Shown here: positions 30,725-40,217 of the stretch, one piece after another | How the letters are laid out: each line of letters starts with the position of its first letter | Position numbering within the stretch: position 1 is the stretch's first letter | Assembly: GCA_965237805.1 (NCBI GenBank) | Contig: OZ250153.1 | Location: 64,001-128,000 of the forward strand | Source of the DNA: Gammaproteobacteria bacterium | GTDB lineage: Bacteria > Pseudomonadota > Gammaproteobacteria > JABABF01 | Direction: 5' to 3' | Length of the DNA: 64,000 nt | Position numbers and translations under genes: made by a program | Notes under the pieces: generated by a model | Seen by the model: only the letters and a program-made list of their open reading frames with translations | Told to the model about the DNA's origin: nothing | The model's database searches: none

Positions 30725-31397
30725 TGTCGTGTTGCGGGCCGCAGGGCTCTCCAAGCACTATCGTGACGGCAGCCGCAAACTGCAGGTGCTGTGCGATGTT
30801 GATCTATCCCTAGCCGCTGCTGAGCGGGTGGCGGTGGTCGGTGCATCCGGCTCCGGAAAATCTACGCTGCTACAGCTGTTGGCTGGCTTGGACACGCCCA
30901 GCGCTGGCGAGGTCTGGGTCTCTGGGCAGTCCTTGGGTGCGCTCGACGAATCCGAGCGCGGCGCATGGCGTAATCGCCAGCTCGGTTTTGTCTACCAATA
31001 CCACCATTTGCTGGCCGAATTCAATGCCTTGGAAAATATCGGTTTGCCATTGTTATTGCAGGGGAGCTCCGTGCGCGCTGCGCAGCACCGTGCGCGCGAA
31101 TTGCTAGAGCGTGTGGGGTTGGGTGCGCGCGGCGAGCATCTGCCAGCCGAGCTGTCCGGCGGCGAGCGGCAACGTGTCGCGGTGGCGCAGTCGCTGATCA
31201 CGCGACCGCGCTGTGTGTTGATGGATGAGCCCACTGGCAATCTGGATGCGAGTGCCGCCGCCGCGGTGTACGAATTGATCATGGAGTTGAACCGCGAGGT
31301 TGGCACCGCTTTTCTGCTGGCCACCCACAACATGGAATTGGCCGCCAGTACCGATCGCGTGCTACGGCTCTCCGACGGCGTGCTCGGCGCGGACTGA
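30714..31397 (+). CDS. lolD: Lipoprotein-releasing ABC ATPase
   Basis: 'GASGSGKST', 'GFVYQYHHLL', 'LSGGERQR', 'DEPTGNLD'. Confidence 0.93.
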   Translation: MLDDVVLRAAGLSKHYRDGSRKLQVLCDVDLSLAAAERVAVVGASGSGKSTLLQLLAGLDTPSAGEVWVSGQSLGALDESERGAWRNRQLGFVYQYHHLLAEFNALENIGLPLLLQGSSVRAAQHRARELLERVGLGARGEHLPAELSGGERQRVAVAQSLITRPRCVLMDEPTGNLDASAAAAVYELIMELNREVGTAFLLATHNMELAASTDRVLRLSDGVLGAD

Positions 31398-31410
31398 AGG
31401 GCCACCTCAG

Positions 31411-32631
31411 ATGCCGCTGCCATTGTCGCTACGCCTCGGTTTGCGCGGCCTGTTCGGCGGTGTGGCCGGAAGTGGTATCGCCACGCCGATCTCGAGTCTG
31501 GCCATCGCCATGGCGGTGTTGGTTGTCACGCTGTCAGTGGTCAATGGTTTTGAACGAGTGCTGCGCGAGCGCTTGCTGATCCTGGTGCCGCAGATCACAC
31601 TGTCCGCTGATGGCCCGCTCGCACAGTGGCCCGCGCTACTGGACGAGCTGCACTCCCAGCTCGGTCCGGCCTTGCTGGCTGCGGAGCCAGTGGTCTATCT
31701 GCCGACCATGCTGAGTGCCTCGGGCCGGGTCGCTGCCGCCTTGGTGCAGGGCGTGCCGCACGGGGGGGGCACGGAGGCCAGCTTCACCCCCTATCTGCGC
31801 GCGACCGACGGCACCGCGCTGGCTGAGTATGGCATTGTGCTAGGGGATGCGCTGGCCGAAACGTTGGCGCTAGGCGTGGGCGATCAGCTGAGTCTGCTGG
31901 TCGGGGGCGGGGGTTTTCGCGCGGTGCGCGGTGCGCGTTTCACGGTACGTGGTGTGGTCGATAGCGGCACCAGCATCGACAGTGGTCTCGCCCTGATCGA
32001 CTTCGAGCTCGGTGCCATATTGATGCGCCATCCCGGCATGGCGAGCGCGATCCAGTTGCGCCTGTCGCAGCCGCTGGATGCCGCTCGCTTGGCCGCCCAG
32101 CTACAGGATACGCTCGCTCCCGCTTTTCAAGTTGAGCAGTGGACCGAGCGCTTGGGGCCACTGTTCAAGCTGATCGCTTTGTCCAAGCAGTTGGTCACGT
32201 TGATGCTGTCCACCGTGGTGTTGATCGCCGCCTTCAATATCACCGCCATGCTCGCTGTGATGAGCAGCCGCCGCCGCGGCCAAATTGCCTTGTTGCGCAC
32301 TTTGGGAGCTCCGCCTAGCTTGATTTTGCGCTCTGTCTTGACCCAAGGTGCGGCTCTGGGCACGATAGGCATCTCGCTCGGTGCCTTTTTGGGCACGCTA
32401 TTGTCGCTGGGATTGGACGATCTGGTGTTGGTGTTGGAACGGCACTTCGGCTTTGCCTTGTTGGCTACCGACAGCTATCCACTCGACCATTTGCCCACCA
32501 CCGTGGATTGGGCTGAATTGTTGGTCGTCTGTGGCCTGGCGCTGCTACTGTGTGTATCGGCATCGCTCTACCCCGCGTGGCGCGCCGCCAATTTGTCTCC
32601 CGCCTCGGTCTTGCGCCAGAGCGGCAGTTAG
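31411..32631 (+). CDS. lolE: Lipoprotein-releasing ABC permease (LolC/E family)
   Basis: 'LSVVNGFE', 'IAAFNI', 'SLYPAWRAA'. Confidence 0.8.
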   Translation: MPLPLSLRLGLRGLFGGVAGSGIATPISSLAIAMAVLVVTLSVVNGFERVLRERLLILVPQITLSADGPLAQWPALLDELHSQLGPALLAAEPVVYLPTMLSASGRVAAALVQGVPHGGGTEASFTPYLRATDGTALAEYGIVLGDALAETLALGVGDQLSLLVGGGGFRAVRGARFTVRGVVDSGTSIDSGLALIDFELGAILMRHPGMASAIQLRLSQPLDAARLAAQLQDTLAPAFQVEQWTERLGPLFKLIALSKQLVTLMLSTVVLIAAFNITAMLAVMSSRRRGQIALLRTLGAPPSLILRSVLTQGAALGTIGISLGAFLGTLLSLGLDDLVLVLERHFGFALLATDSYPLDHLPTTVDWAELLVVCGLALLLCVSASLYPAWRAANLSPASVLRQSGS

Positions 32632-32703
32632 CGCGACGGGGCTGGCCGCCCCCGTCGCAGCGTGTAGTATTGAGGTCAACACCACGGAGCCAAGGATGGA
32701 TCT

Positions 32704-34974
32704 GTGCGTATTTGGCTACTGTCGGCGGCTGGCGCGGTTTTGGCGCTCGGTCTGTGTCCGCAATTGCCGCCGCTCAGCTGCGTGCCAGCGCTGGTGGCTG
32801 TGGCTCTTGCATCGCTGCGCTGGACCGGAGGTGTCGCCCGTGCCGTCTGCGGCTGCTCGATCGGTCTGGCTTGGGCCATCTTCAGTGGCCATGCCATGTT
32901 GTCCCAGCGGGTGCCGGTGGAGCTGGAGGGGCGCGATCTGCTGATCAGCGGCTATCTCAGCGCCATGCCGAGCGACACCGCACTGGACAATGGCAGTAGT
33001 CTGCGGCGTTTCGAGCTGAAAGTGAGCGCAGCACGGCCTCTGGCTGGCGGCGAGCGGCTGAGCTTGGGCAGGCTACGCCTCAATTGGTACGGGGGGCCAG
33101 AGCTGCACCCCGGCGAGCGCTGGCGACTGGTGGTGCGGCTCAAACGACCGCACGGAACAGCTTCGCCCGGTGTGATGGATCGTGCGGCGCAACAGCTCTC
33201 GCAGGGTGTCGGTGCCGTCGGCTATGTGCTCGATCATCCCTGCAACAAGCGCTTGGCAGGCATTGAGATCAAGGCACTACACCATCGCCTGCGGCGGCTG
33301 GTCGGCCAGCACTTGGCGGCGCGCGGCGGAGACTATAGCGGGCTGTTGACGGCCTTGGTCAATGGTGATCGACAGCGACCGCCGACCGCTGTACGCGCAT
33401 TGATGGAGCGCACCGGCACGGTGCATCTGCTGGCAATATCGGGTCTACACATCGCCTTGGTCGCCGGGCTCTGCTTTTATTTGGCCCAAGCGATAGCGCG
33501 CTTGCTCGTCGCGCCCTTGCGTTGCTGTCCAGCGCCGATATGGGGGGCGTTGGCGGCGCTGGTCGGAGCCTGTTCCTATGCCGCATTGGCCGGTTTTTCT
33601 CTGCCGACCCAACGCGCTCTGGTCATGGTGGCCAGCCTGATGGCAGCGCGTTTGTTGCGCCGTCGCACCAGTCGCGGGGTCGGTCTCTGCGCGGCGCTGG
33701 CAGTGGTGTTGGCATGGGACCCGCTGGCTGGTTTCTCGGTTGGATTTTGGCTTTCCTTTGTCGCGGTAGCCGCCCTGCTGATGGCTGTGGAGGAGGGTGG
33801 TTCAGCGCGGTTGTGGCGCTTTGCGCGCGCTCAGTTTGCGGTGTCTTTAGCTCTGATCCTGCCCTTGGGTCGCTTGCTTGGTAGCGTGCCGTTGATCTCA
33901 CCCCTAGCCAATGCCTTTACCATTCCTCTGGTCAGTTGGCTGGTGGTGCCGGCGGCGTTATTGGGCAGTGTCATGCTGCCGTGGTGGCCAGCTGCTGCCG
34001 AGTGGCCACTGCGCTTGGCCGAGCTGAGTGCGGCGCTATCGCTATGGCTGCTGGCACTGTTGCCGACGCCGACTTGGCAGCCGCCGCCGTGGCCATTGCC
34101 AGTGCTGGTGCTGGCGGCTGTCGGTGTGGTCGCAGTACTCCACTGGCACCGCTGGCTGCTCGGTGCCCTGTTGTTGGCACCGTTGCTGTGGGTGCCAGTA
34201 CCGAGTACCGAGCTGTTGCGCCTCAGTGTGCTGGATGTGGGGCAGGGCTTGGCCGTGCTGGTCGAGACGGCGCGGCACAGCTTGCTCTATGACAGCGGCC
34301 CGATATACCGCGGCGGCTACAGCGCGGCGCGGGGCATTATCCTGCCATTTCTGCGCCACCGCGGACACCGACGTCTCGACGCCATGGTGATCAGCCATGC
34401 GGACAGTGATCACGCTGGCGGTGCGAGTATTCTGAGCGAGGCGCTTCCCATAGACCAGCTATGGCGCGGCGAGCCGCTGCCGGGGCTGAGGCACGCACAG
34501 CCTTGTCGCGCTGGCCAGCGTTGGAGCTGGGATGGCATCGATTTTGAATTCCTGCATCCGTTGGTGGCGGGCGGCGGCAACGACCAGTCCTGTGTGTTAC
34601 TGATCCGCGTCGCCGAGCGTCTCATCCTGTTGCCCGGTGACATCGGTGCGGCGGTGGAGCGGCGTTTGGCGACCCGGCTACCGGGCACGGTCGATGTGCT
34701 GGTCGCACCGCACCACGGCAGTGCCTCCTCCTCATCGGAGGCTTTGCTGGCGACGGTTAGGCCGCGCCATGTCGTCTTTTCGCGTGCCGCTCGCAATCCA
34801 TTCGGACATCCAGACAGCGCCGTTTTGCAGCGCTACATGGCTGTGGACAGTCGCCTGTGGGACACCGCCTTGGACGGCACCGTGCAATTCGATTGGCGCA
34901 GTGCCGAGACCCCGCCAGCGGTGCGCGCCTTTCGCCGACAGCACCGCCGCTATTGGCACAGCGCAGCCGAGTAA
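32704..34974 (+). CDS. comEC: DNA internalization competence protein ComEC/Rec2
   Basis: 'GTVHLLAISGLHI', 'LPTQRA', 'LDVGQG', MBL 'SHADSDH', 'PHHGS'. Confidence 0.93.
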   Translation: MRIWLLSAAGAVLALGLCPQLPPLSCVPALVAVALASLRWTGGVARAVCGCSIGLAWAIFSGHAMLSQRVPVELEGRDLLISGYLSAMPSDTALDNGSSLRRFELKVSAARPLAGGERLSLGRLRLNWYGGPELHPGERWRLVVRLKRPHGTASPGVMDRAAQQLSQGVGAVGYVLDHPCNKRLAGIEIKALHHRLRRLVGQHLAARGGDYSGLLTALVNGDRQRPPTAVRALMERTGTVHLLAISGLHIALVAGLCFYLAQAIARLLVAPLRCCPAPIWGALAALVGACSYAALAGFSLPTQRALVMVASLMAARLLRRRTSRGVGLCAALAVVLAWDPLAGFSVGFWLSFVAVAALLMAVEEGGSARLWRFARAQFAVSLALILPLGRLLGSVPLISPLANAFTIPLVSWLVVPAALLGSVMLPWWPAAAEWPLRLAELSAALSLWLLALLPTPTWQPPPWPLPVLVLAAVGVVAVLHWHRWLLGALLLAPLLWVPVPSTELLRLSVLDVGQGLAVLVETARHSLLYDSGPIYRGGYSAARGIILPFLRHRGHRRLDAMVISHADSDHAGGASILSEALPIDQLWRGEPLPGLRHAQPCRAGQRWSWDGIDFEFLHPLVAGGGNDQSCVLLIRVAERLILLPGDIGAAVERRLATRLPGTVDVLVAPHHGSASSSSEALLATVRPRHVVFSRAARNPFGHPDSAVLQRYMAVDSRLWDTALDGTVQFDWRSAETPPAVRAFRRQHRRYWHSAAE

Positions 34975-35009
34975 CATACCATCTAAGGCATTGTTCTCCC
35001 GGCGATGTC

Positions 35010-36836
35010 ATGCCCACCCAGACCCACTCTTTGCGCGATCTCCACGTCTATTTACGCGTGTTGCGCATGAGCTTGGTCAATCGCGGTATCTGGGCGGGCT
35101 GCATCGGTTCTTTCGTGCTGTTTTCGCTGAGTTCGGTGCTGTTCGCCGACGGCATGCAATTGGCGATGAATGCGCTGAGTGACCATCCGCTCAAAGAAAC
35201 ACGCAGCGTGTTGGCGCTAGGTTTGCGCGATTGGGTCGAACCGATGTTCGCCAATCCCGACGCCCGGCGTGTGCAGATCCCGTTGCTGTTGCTGTTGATG
35301 TTGGTGTTGCGCAGTGTCGGCTTCGCCGGTAGTGAGTTCGGTATCCGCTACCTGTCTTCGCGTTTGGTGCACGAATTGCGTTGCCAGATCGCCGACAAAT
35401 TGTTGCAGGTTCCAGGTCACTTTTTTGATCGGCACCCCGATGGGCACTTGATCTCAACACTGAACTACAAAGTGCAGCAGATCACTGATAGTAGCGCCCA
35501 AGTGGCGCTGATCGTGCTGCGCGAAGGGGTCACCGCTATCGCCTTCCTGTCCTACATGCTCTACCTCGATTGGCGGCTATCTTTGGTCTGTCTGGCAACC
35601 GCACCCTTGCTGTTGCAGCTGACTCGCTCCGTGGCGCGACGACAGCGGATGCTGGCTAGGCGTCTGCAGGGCACGATGGGCGATCTGACCCATATCACCG
35701 GCGAGGTGGTGCGTGGCAATCAAGAAATACGCATCTTTGGTGCCCAAGCGCTGGAGAGCGCACGCTTTGACCAGAGCAGCAACGACTTCCGCCAACAGAG
35801 TAACAAGATCTCACTGGCCAACAGCTTGCTACAGCCGGGAACCCATCTATTGATCACGCTACCGTTGTTATTTCTATTTTGGTACTTGTTGGATCCGGCG
35901 CGGGCTGGCAGTTTCAGCCCGGGGGCATTGACTGCTTTTCTGGTGGCGGCCATTCTGCTCGCGCGCCCGGTGCGGCGTCTCAGCCAAGTCATCGAGCAGT
36001 TGCAACAGGGGCTGGCCGCCGCCGAGGATATTTTCCAGCTGCTCGATGAAGAGACGGAACCGGACCGTGGCGATCAGCGTCTCCAAGCCGCTGATCTCCG
36101 CTTGGAATTTCGCCATGTCAATTTTTCCTACGCCGTCGGCGACGGCGAGGGCGCGGTGGTGCTGAGCGACATCAACTTTGTGGTGGAGCCAGGGCAGATT
36201 GTCGCCATCGTCGGCAGAACCGGGGCGGGGAAAAGTACCTTGGTGCGCTTGATGACCCGACTCTATCATCCGAGTGGTGGCCAGATATTGATCGGTGGCC
36301 AAGATACCGCCAATGTGCGCATCAGCGATGTGCGTCAACAGTTTGCCGTGGTGTCGCAACAGCCGGTGCTATTCAACGACAGCATCTACAACAACATCGC
36401 TTTTGGTGAATTGCGTGACTGCAGCGCTGAGGAGGTGCGTGATGCCGCCGCTCGCGCCCACGCGGTGGAATTCATCGACCGCCTCCCCGGTGGCTTTGCA
36501 GCCTCTGTGGGCAATCAGGGGACGCTGCTCTCCGGTGGGCAGAAGCAGCGCATCGCCGTGGCTCGGGCGTTGATGAAAGGTGCTCCTTTTCTGATACTCG
36601 ACGAGGCCACCTCAGCTTTGGATAACGAGACCGAGCAACAGCTGCGCACGGTGTTGCAAGATGTCTCCAGCGGGCACTCGGTGATCATCATTGCTCATCG
36701 TCTGAATTCGGTGCGCAATGCCGATCTGATTTTGGTGCTGGACCGCGGTCGCATCATCGAGCGTGGTCGGCATCGCGAGCTGCTTGAGCAGGATGGGCTC
36801 TACGCCCGCTTAGCGCGCGAAGAGCTGCAGCCGTGA
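35010..36836 (+). CDS. msbA: Lipid A flippase ABC transporter
   Basis: TM domain plus 'GRTGAGKST', 'LSGGQKQR', 'LDEATSALD'; directly upstream of lpxK. Confidence 0.88.
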   Translation: MPTQTHSLRDLHVYLRVLRMSLVNRGIWAGCIGSFVLFSLSSVLFADGMQLAMNALSDHPLKETRSVLALGLRDWVEPMFANPDARRVQIPLLLLLMLVLRSVGFAGSEFGIRYLSSRLVHELRCQIADKLLQVPGHFFDRHPDGHLISTLNYKVQQITDSSAQVALIVLREGVTAIAFLSYMLYLDWRLSLVCLATAPLLLQLTRSVARRQRMLARRLQGTMGDLTHITGEVVRGNQEIRIFGAQALESARFDQSSNDFRQQSNKISLANSLLQPGTHLLITLPLLFLFWYLLDPARAGSFSPGALTAFLVAAILLARPVRRLSQVIEQLQQGLAAAEDIFQLLDEETEPDRGDQRLQAADLRLEFRHVNFSYAVGDGEGAVVLSDINFVVEPGQIVAIVGRTGAGKSTLVRLMTRLYHPSGGQILIGGQDTANVRISDVRQQFAVVSQQPVLFNDSIYNNIAFGELRDCSAEEVRDAAARAHAVEFIDRLPGGFAASVGNQGTLLSGGQKQRIAVARALMKGAPFLILDEATSALDNETEQQLRTVLQDVSSGHSVIIIAHRLNSVRNADLILVLDRGRIIERGRHRELLEQDGLYARLAREELQP

Positions 36837-37855
36837 GTGCAGCTGGGAGCGGTCGAGCCGCCCAACAGCAGCTGCGCGACTACTGGCAGCGACCATCGCT
36901 GCCCCTGCGGCTGTTATGGCCGCTGTCCAAGCTCTACCAGACGGTGGCTGCCGGGCGGCGGCGGTGCTTGACGCGTACGGCCCGGCCTTTGGCGGCACCG
37001 GTGATTGTGGTCGGCAACATCAGCGTAGGCGGCACTGGTAAGACCCCGCTGGTGCTGTGGTTGGCGCAGTGCCTGCATGCGGCGGGCCTGCGTCCGGGGA
37101 TCCTCAGTCGGGGCTATGGTGGCAGTGAGCGCGGTCCTCGGCGCATTGATGCCGATGCCGATCCGGCGCAGGTCGGTGACGAGCCTGTGATGCTGGCCAA
37201 ACGCTTGTCCGGAAAGGTGCCGGTGTTGGTCTCGCGCCGGCGTGTGATCGGCGCACAGAGTTTGATCGCCAGTGGCTGCGATGTGGTGATCAGCGACGAT
37301 GGACTGCAGCATTACGATTTGGCGCGCGATGTGGAGGTCGCCGTGGTCGACGGCAGCCGCGGTGTCGGCAATGGTTGGTGTCTGCCCGCCGGGCCACTAC
37401 GCGAGCCGCCAGCGCGTTTGGCAGAGGTAGATTTTGTCGTGATCAATGGTGGCGGTTGGCAGGGCGATGGCTGGCAGATGTCGGTGACACCGAGCACCTG
37501 GCTGCGTCTTCCAGCTTGGGAGCCAGTGGCACTGGATCACCAAGATGCACCGACTGGCTCGGTGCATGCCGTTGCTGGCATGGGCAATCCGGCGCGTTTT
37601 TTTGCCGCGTTGCGGCAGTTGGGGCTGGTGGTGCTGGAACACTCTTTTCCAGATCACCACCGCTACCGGGTGCGGGACTTGTGTTTCGACGATCCTTGGC
37701 CCGTGGTAATGACAGAAAAGGATGCAGTGAAGTATTGCCATTTGTCACCCCCGCCAGCCACCGCCCTGCCGCGCTGGTGTCTGCGGGTCGATGCCTGCCT
37801 GCCAGCAGAGCTCTCCGTGGCGCTGTTGGCGGCGATAGGGCGCGGGCAATCGTGA
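36833..37855 (+). CDS. lpxK: Tetraacyldisaccharide 4'-kinase
   Basis: 'VGNISVGGTGKTP', 'SRGYGG', 'DDGLQH', 'PAGPLRE', 'MTEKD'. Confidence 0.95.
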   Translation: MSAAGSGRAAQQQLRDYWQRPSLPLRLLWPLSKLYQTVAAGRRRCLTRTARPLAAPVIVVGNISVGGTGKTPLVLWLAQCLHAAGLRPGILSRGYGGSERGPRRIDADADPAQVGDEPVMLAKRLSGKVPVLVSRRRVIGAQSLIASGCDVVISDDGLQHYDLARDVEVAVVDGSRGVGNGWCLPAGPLREPPARLAEVDFVVINGGGWQGDGWQMSVTPSTWLRLPAWEPVALDHQDAPTGSVHAVAGMGNPARFFAALRQLGLVVLEHSFPDHHRYRVRDLCFDDPWPVVMTEKDAVKYCHLSPPPATALPRWCLRVDACLPAELSVALLAAIGRGQS

Positions 37856-38631
37856 GCGCAAGTCCGCGCTTCAGTGTCATCATTCCGGCGCGGCTGGAGT
37901 CGACCCGTTTGCCAGACAAGGTGTTGCTGGACATCGGCGGGCGGACGATGCTGCAACGGGTCTATGAGCAGGCGCTTAAAAGTGGTGCGGTGCGCGTTGT
38001 TATCGCCACCGACAATCCGCGCATCGCCGCCGTTGCCGACGGCTTTGGTGCCGAGTCCTGTATCACTTCCGCGCGGCACAATTCTGGCACTGAGCGCATC
38101 TGCGAAGCGGTGGCAAAACTGGCATTGCAGCCGACGGAGACGGTGGTCAATCTGCAGGCAGACGAGCCGCTGGCACCGCCGGAAGCCATCGGGCAAGTCG
38201 CTGCGGTATTGGCGGCGGGCGATGAGATGGCGACGCTGTGTGTGGCGATCGCTAGCGCCGACGAACTGCGTTCCCCAGCTGTTGTCAAAGTGGTGGCGGA
38301 CGGTGCCGGGCGGGCGCTCTACTTCAGCCGTTTGCCGATCCCGTGGGCTGGGGCATCCGGCGACGGTGCCAGCTTGCCGTCGGACGGTCTGTGGATGCGG
38401 CATATCGGCATCTATGCCTATCGGGTCTCGCTGTTGCGCCGCTGGGCTGAGTTGGGGCCCTCAGCGCTTGAGCGTAGCGAGTGTTTGGAGCAATTGCGTG
38501 CGCTATCGGCAGGTGTCCTGATCCGGCTTGCCGTCGTGCGGGAATCCTTTCCACCCGGTGTCGATACCGCCGCCGATTTGGAGCGCGTGCGCCACCACTT
38601 TGCCAGCGTCACCGACCATGGCGCAGATTGA
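37852..38631 (+). CDS. kdsB: 3-deoxy-manno-octulosonate cytidylyltransferase
   Basis: 'IIPARLESTRLPDK', 'SGTERI', 'NLQADEP', 'HIGIYAYR', 'LEQLR'. Confidence 0.94.
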   Translation: MSASPRFSVIIPARLESTRLPDKVLLDIGGRTMLQRVYEQALKSGAVRVVIATDNPRIAAVADGFGAESCITSARHNSGTERICEAVAKLALQPTETVVNLQADEPLAPPEAIGQVAAVLAAGDEMATLCVAIASADELRSPAVVKVVADGAGRALYFSRLPIPWAGASGDGASLPSDGLWMRHIGIYAYRVSLLRRWAELGPSALERSECLEQLRALSAGVLIRLAVVRESFPPGVDTAADLERVRHHFASVTDHGAD

Positions 38632-39631
38632 GCGGCTGCGCCAGCTGCGCCGGGACAATTACCTCGGTGTAGACGCTGTCGCGGAGCATTACTGCGAGGC
38701 CATCGATAGCGCACAGTTGCGCGCTGCTCTGGCTTGGTGCCGACAACGCGGCTTGGTCGTGCATCGGCTCGGAGAGGGCAGCAATGTCGTGTTGCCCAAG
38801 CAGCTGCCGGGACTGGTGCTGAGGGTGCGGTTGCGCGGTCTGCACGAGGAGGGTGACAGCGGTGGGCGGGCACTGTTGCGAGTCGGTGCTGGCGAGTCGT
38901 GGCCAGCATTGGTGCGCCACTGCCTGCGCACGGGACACTACGGTTTAGAGAATTTGGCCGGCATACCGGGAAGTGCGGGTGCCGCACCGGTGCAAAACAT
39001 CGGTGCCTATGGCGTGGAATTGGCCGAATTCCTGCATGCGGTGGAAGTCATCGACAGTGCGGATGGTAGCGTTCGCCGGCTGGCTACGCGCGATTGCCAG
39101 TTGAGCTATCGTCGTAGCATCTTTCAGCAACCCGCCGGTGCCGGACTGTTGATCACTGCGCTGTGGCTGCGCCTACACCGCAGGCCACAACCGCGCTTCG
39201 ACTATCCATCGCTACGCGAGATGCTGGTGCGCAAAGGTATCGACAGCCCAGCTCCGGTCGATATTTACCGCGCCGTGTTGCGACTGCGCGGCGGCTTGCC
39301 CAACCCGCGACAGTTGCCAAATGTCGGCAGTTTTTTTCGCAATCCACAGCTCGATGAAGCACACTACCGCAGCTTGCTCAGCGATCATCCCGAGTTGGTG
39401 GCGCGGCGGCGTGGCAGTGGCTATCAGCTGTCGGCAGGCTGGATGATTGAGCGTGCCGGCTTCAAGGGCAAGGCGCACGGCGGTGTCGCCATGCACCGGC
39501 ATCACGCCTTGGTGCTGGTCAATCCGGGCGGTGTCAGTGGCGAGGAGATCCTTGCCTTTGCCGCCGAGATCCAGGACGCTGTGCAGCGTTTGTTTGGGAT
39601 TGCGCTGGAGCTGGAGCCCCGTGTCCTCTGA
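38618..39631 (+). CDS. murB: UDP-N-acetylmuramate dehydrogenase
   Basis: 'GEGSNV', 'GLENLAGIPG', 'PVQNIGAYG', 'GSFFRNP', 'HALVLVN', 'LELEP'. Confidence 0.94.
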   Translation: MAQIERLRQLRRDNYLGVDAVAEHYCEAIDSAQLRAALAWCRQRGLVVHRLGEGSNVVLPKQLPGLVLRVRLRGLHEEGDSGGRALLRVGAGESWPALVRHCLRTGHYGLENLAGIPGSAGAAPVQNIGAYGVELAEFLHAVEVIDSADGSVRRLATRDCQLSYRRSIFQQPAGAGLLITALWLRLHRRPQPRFDYPSLREMLVRKGIDSPAPVDIYRAVLRLRGGLPNPRQLPNVGSFFRNPQLDEAHYRSLLSDHPELVARRRGSGYQLSAGWMIERAGFKGKAHGGVAMHRHHALVLVNPGGVSGEEILAFAAEIQDAVQRLFGIALELEPRVL

Positions 39632-40217
39632 GCTGCCGCGGGTGCTGGATCCCGGACGCGGTGAATTATTGCTCTATCCTTCGCTATTTGCGGCTGAGGC
39701 ACCGTCTTGGTATCGCGCACTGCGCGATCAGATCCCTTGGCGGCAGGAGAGTGCGCGGCTCTTCGGGCGTTGCCAGCCTCTGCCCAGACTGAGCGCTTGG
39801 TGTGCGGGACCGGGGCAACGCTATCGTTATAGTGGCATCTGTCATGAGCCGATGCCGTGGCCCGCAGCGCTGCAGGCAGCCCTTGCGGCGGTGCAGCGCG
39901 TCCTTGCTATGAACTTCAACAGTGCCTTGCTCAGCTACTACCGCGATGGACGCGATACCATCGGCTGGCACAGCGACGATGAGGCGTCGCTGGGCGCGCA
40001 GCCCCGCATCGCCTCACTGAGCTTGGGGGCCAGCAGAACTTTCCAATTGCGTGAACGGCGAGGGGGGACGACCTTGCGCATCGAATTGGCCGCTGGTGCG
40101 CTGTTGCTGATGCGCGGTGAGAGCCAGCGCCGTTGGCGCCATCGCCTACCTCCCAGCCGCACTGCCGGGGCGCGTATCAATATTAGTTTTCGCCACTTTG
40201 TGGGGACATCGCGATGA
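39621..40217 (+). CDS. AlkB-family Fe(II)/2-oxoglutarate dioxygenase (ALKBH2/3-like)
   Basis: 'PRLSAW', 'YRDGRDTIGWHSDDE', 'IASLSLG', 'WRH', 'RINISFR'. Start inferred. Confidence 0.88.
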   Translation: MSSELPRVLDPGRGELLLYPSLFAAEAPSWYRALRDQIPWRQESARLFGRCQPLPRLSAWCAGPGQRYRYSGICHEPMPWPAALQAALAAVQRVLAMNFNSALLSYYRDGRDTIGWHSDDEASLGAQPRIASLSLGASRTFQLRERRGGTTLRIELAAGALLLMRGESQRRWRHRLPPSRTAGARINISFRHFVGTSR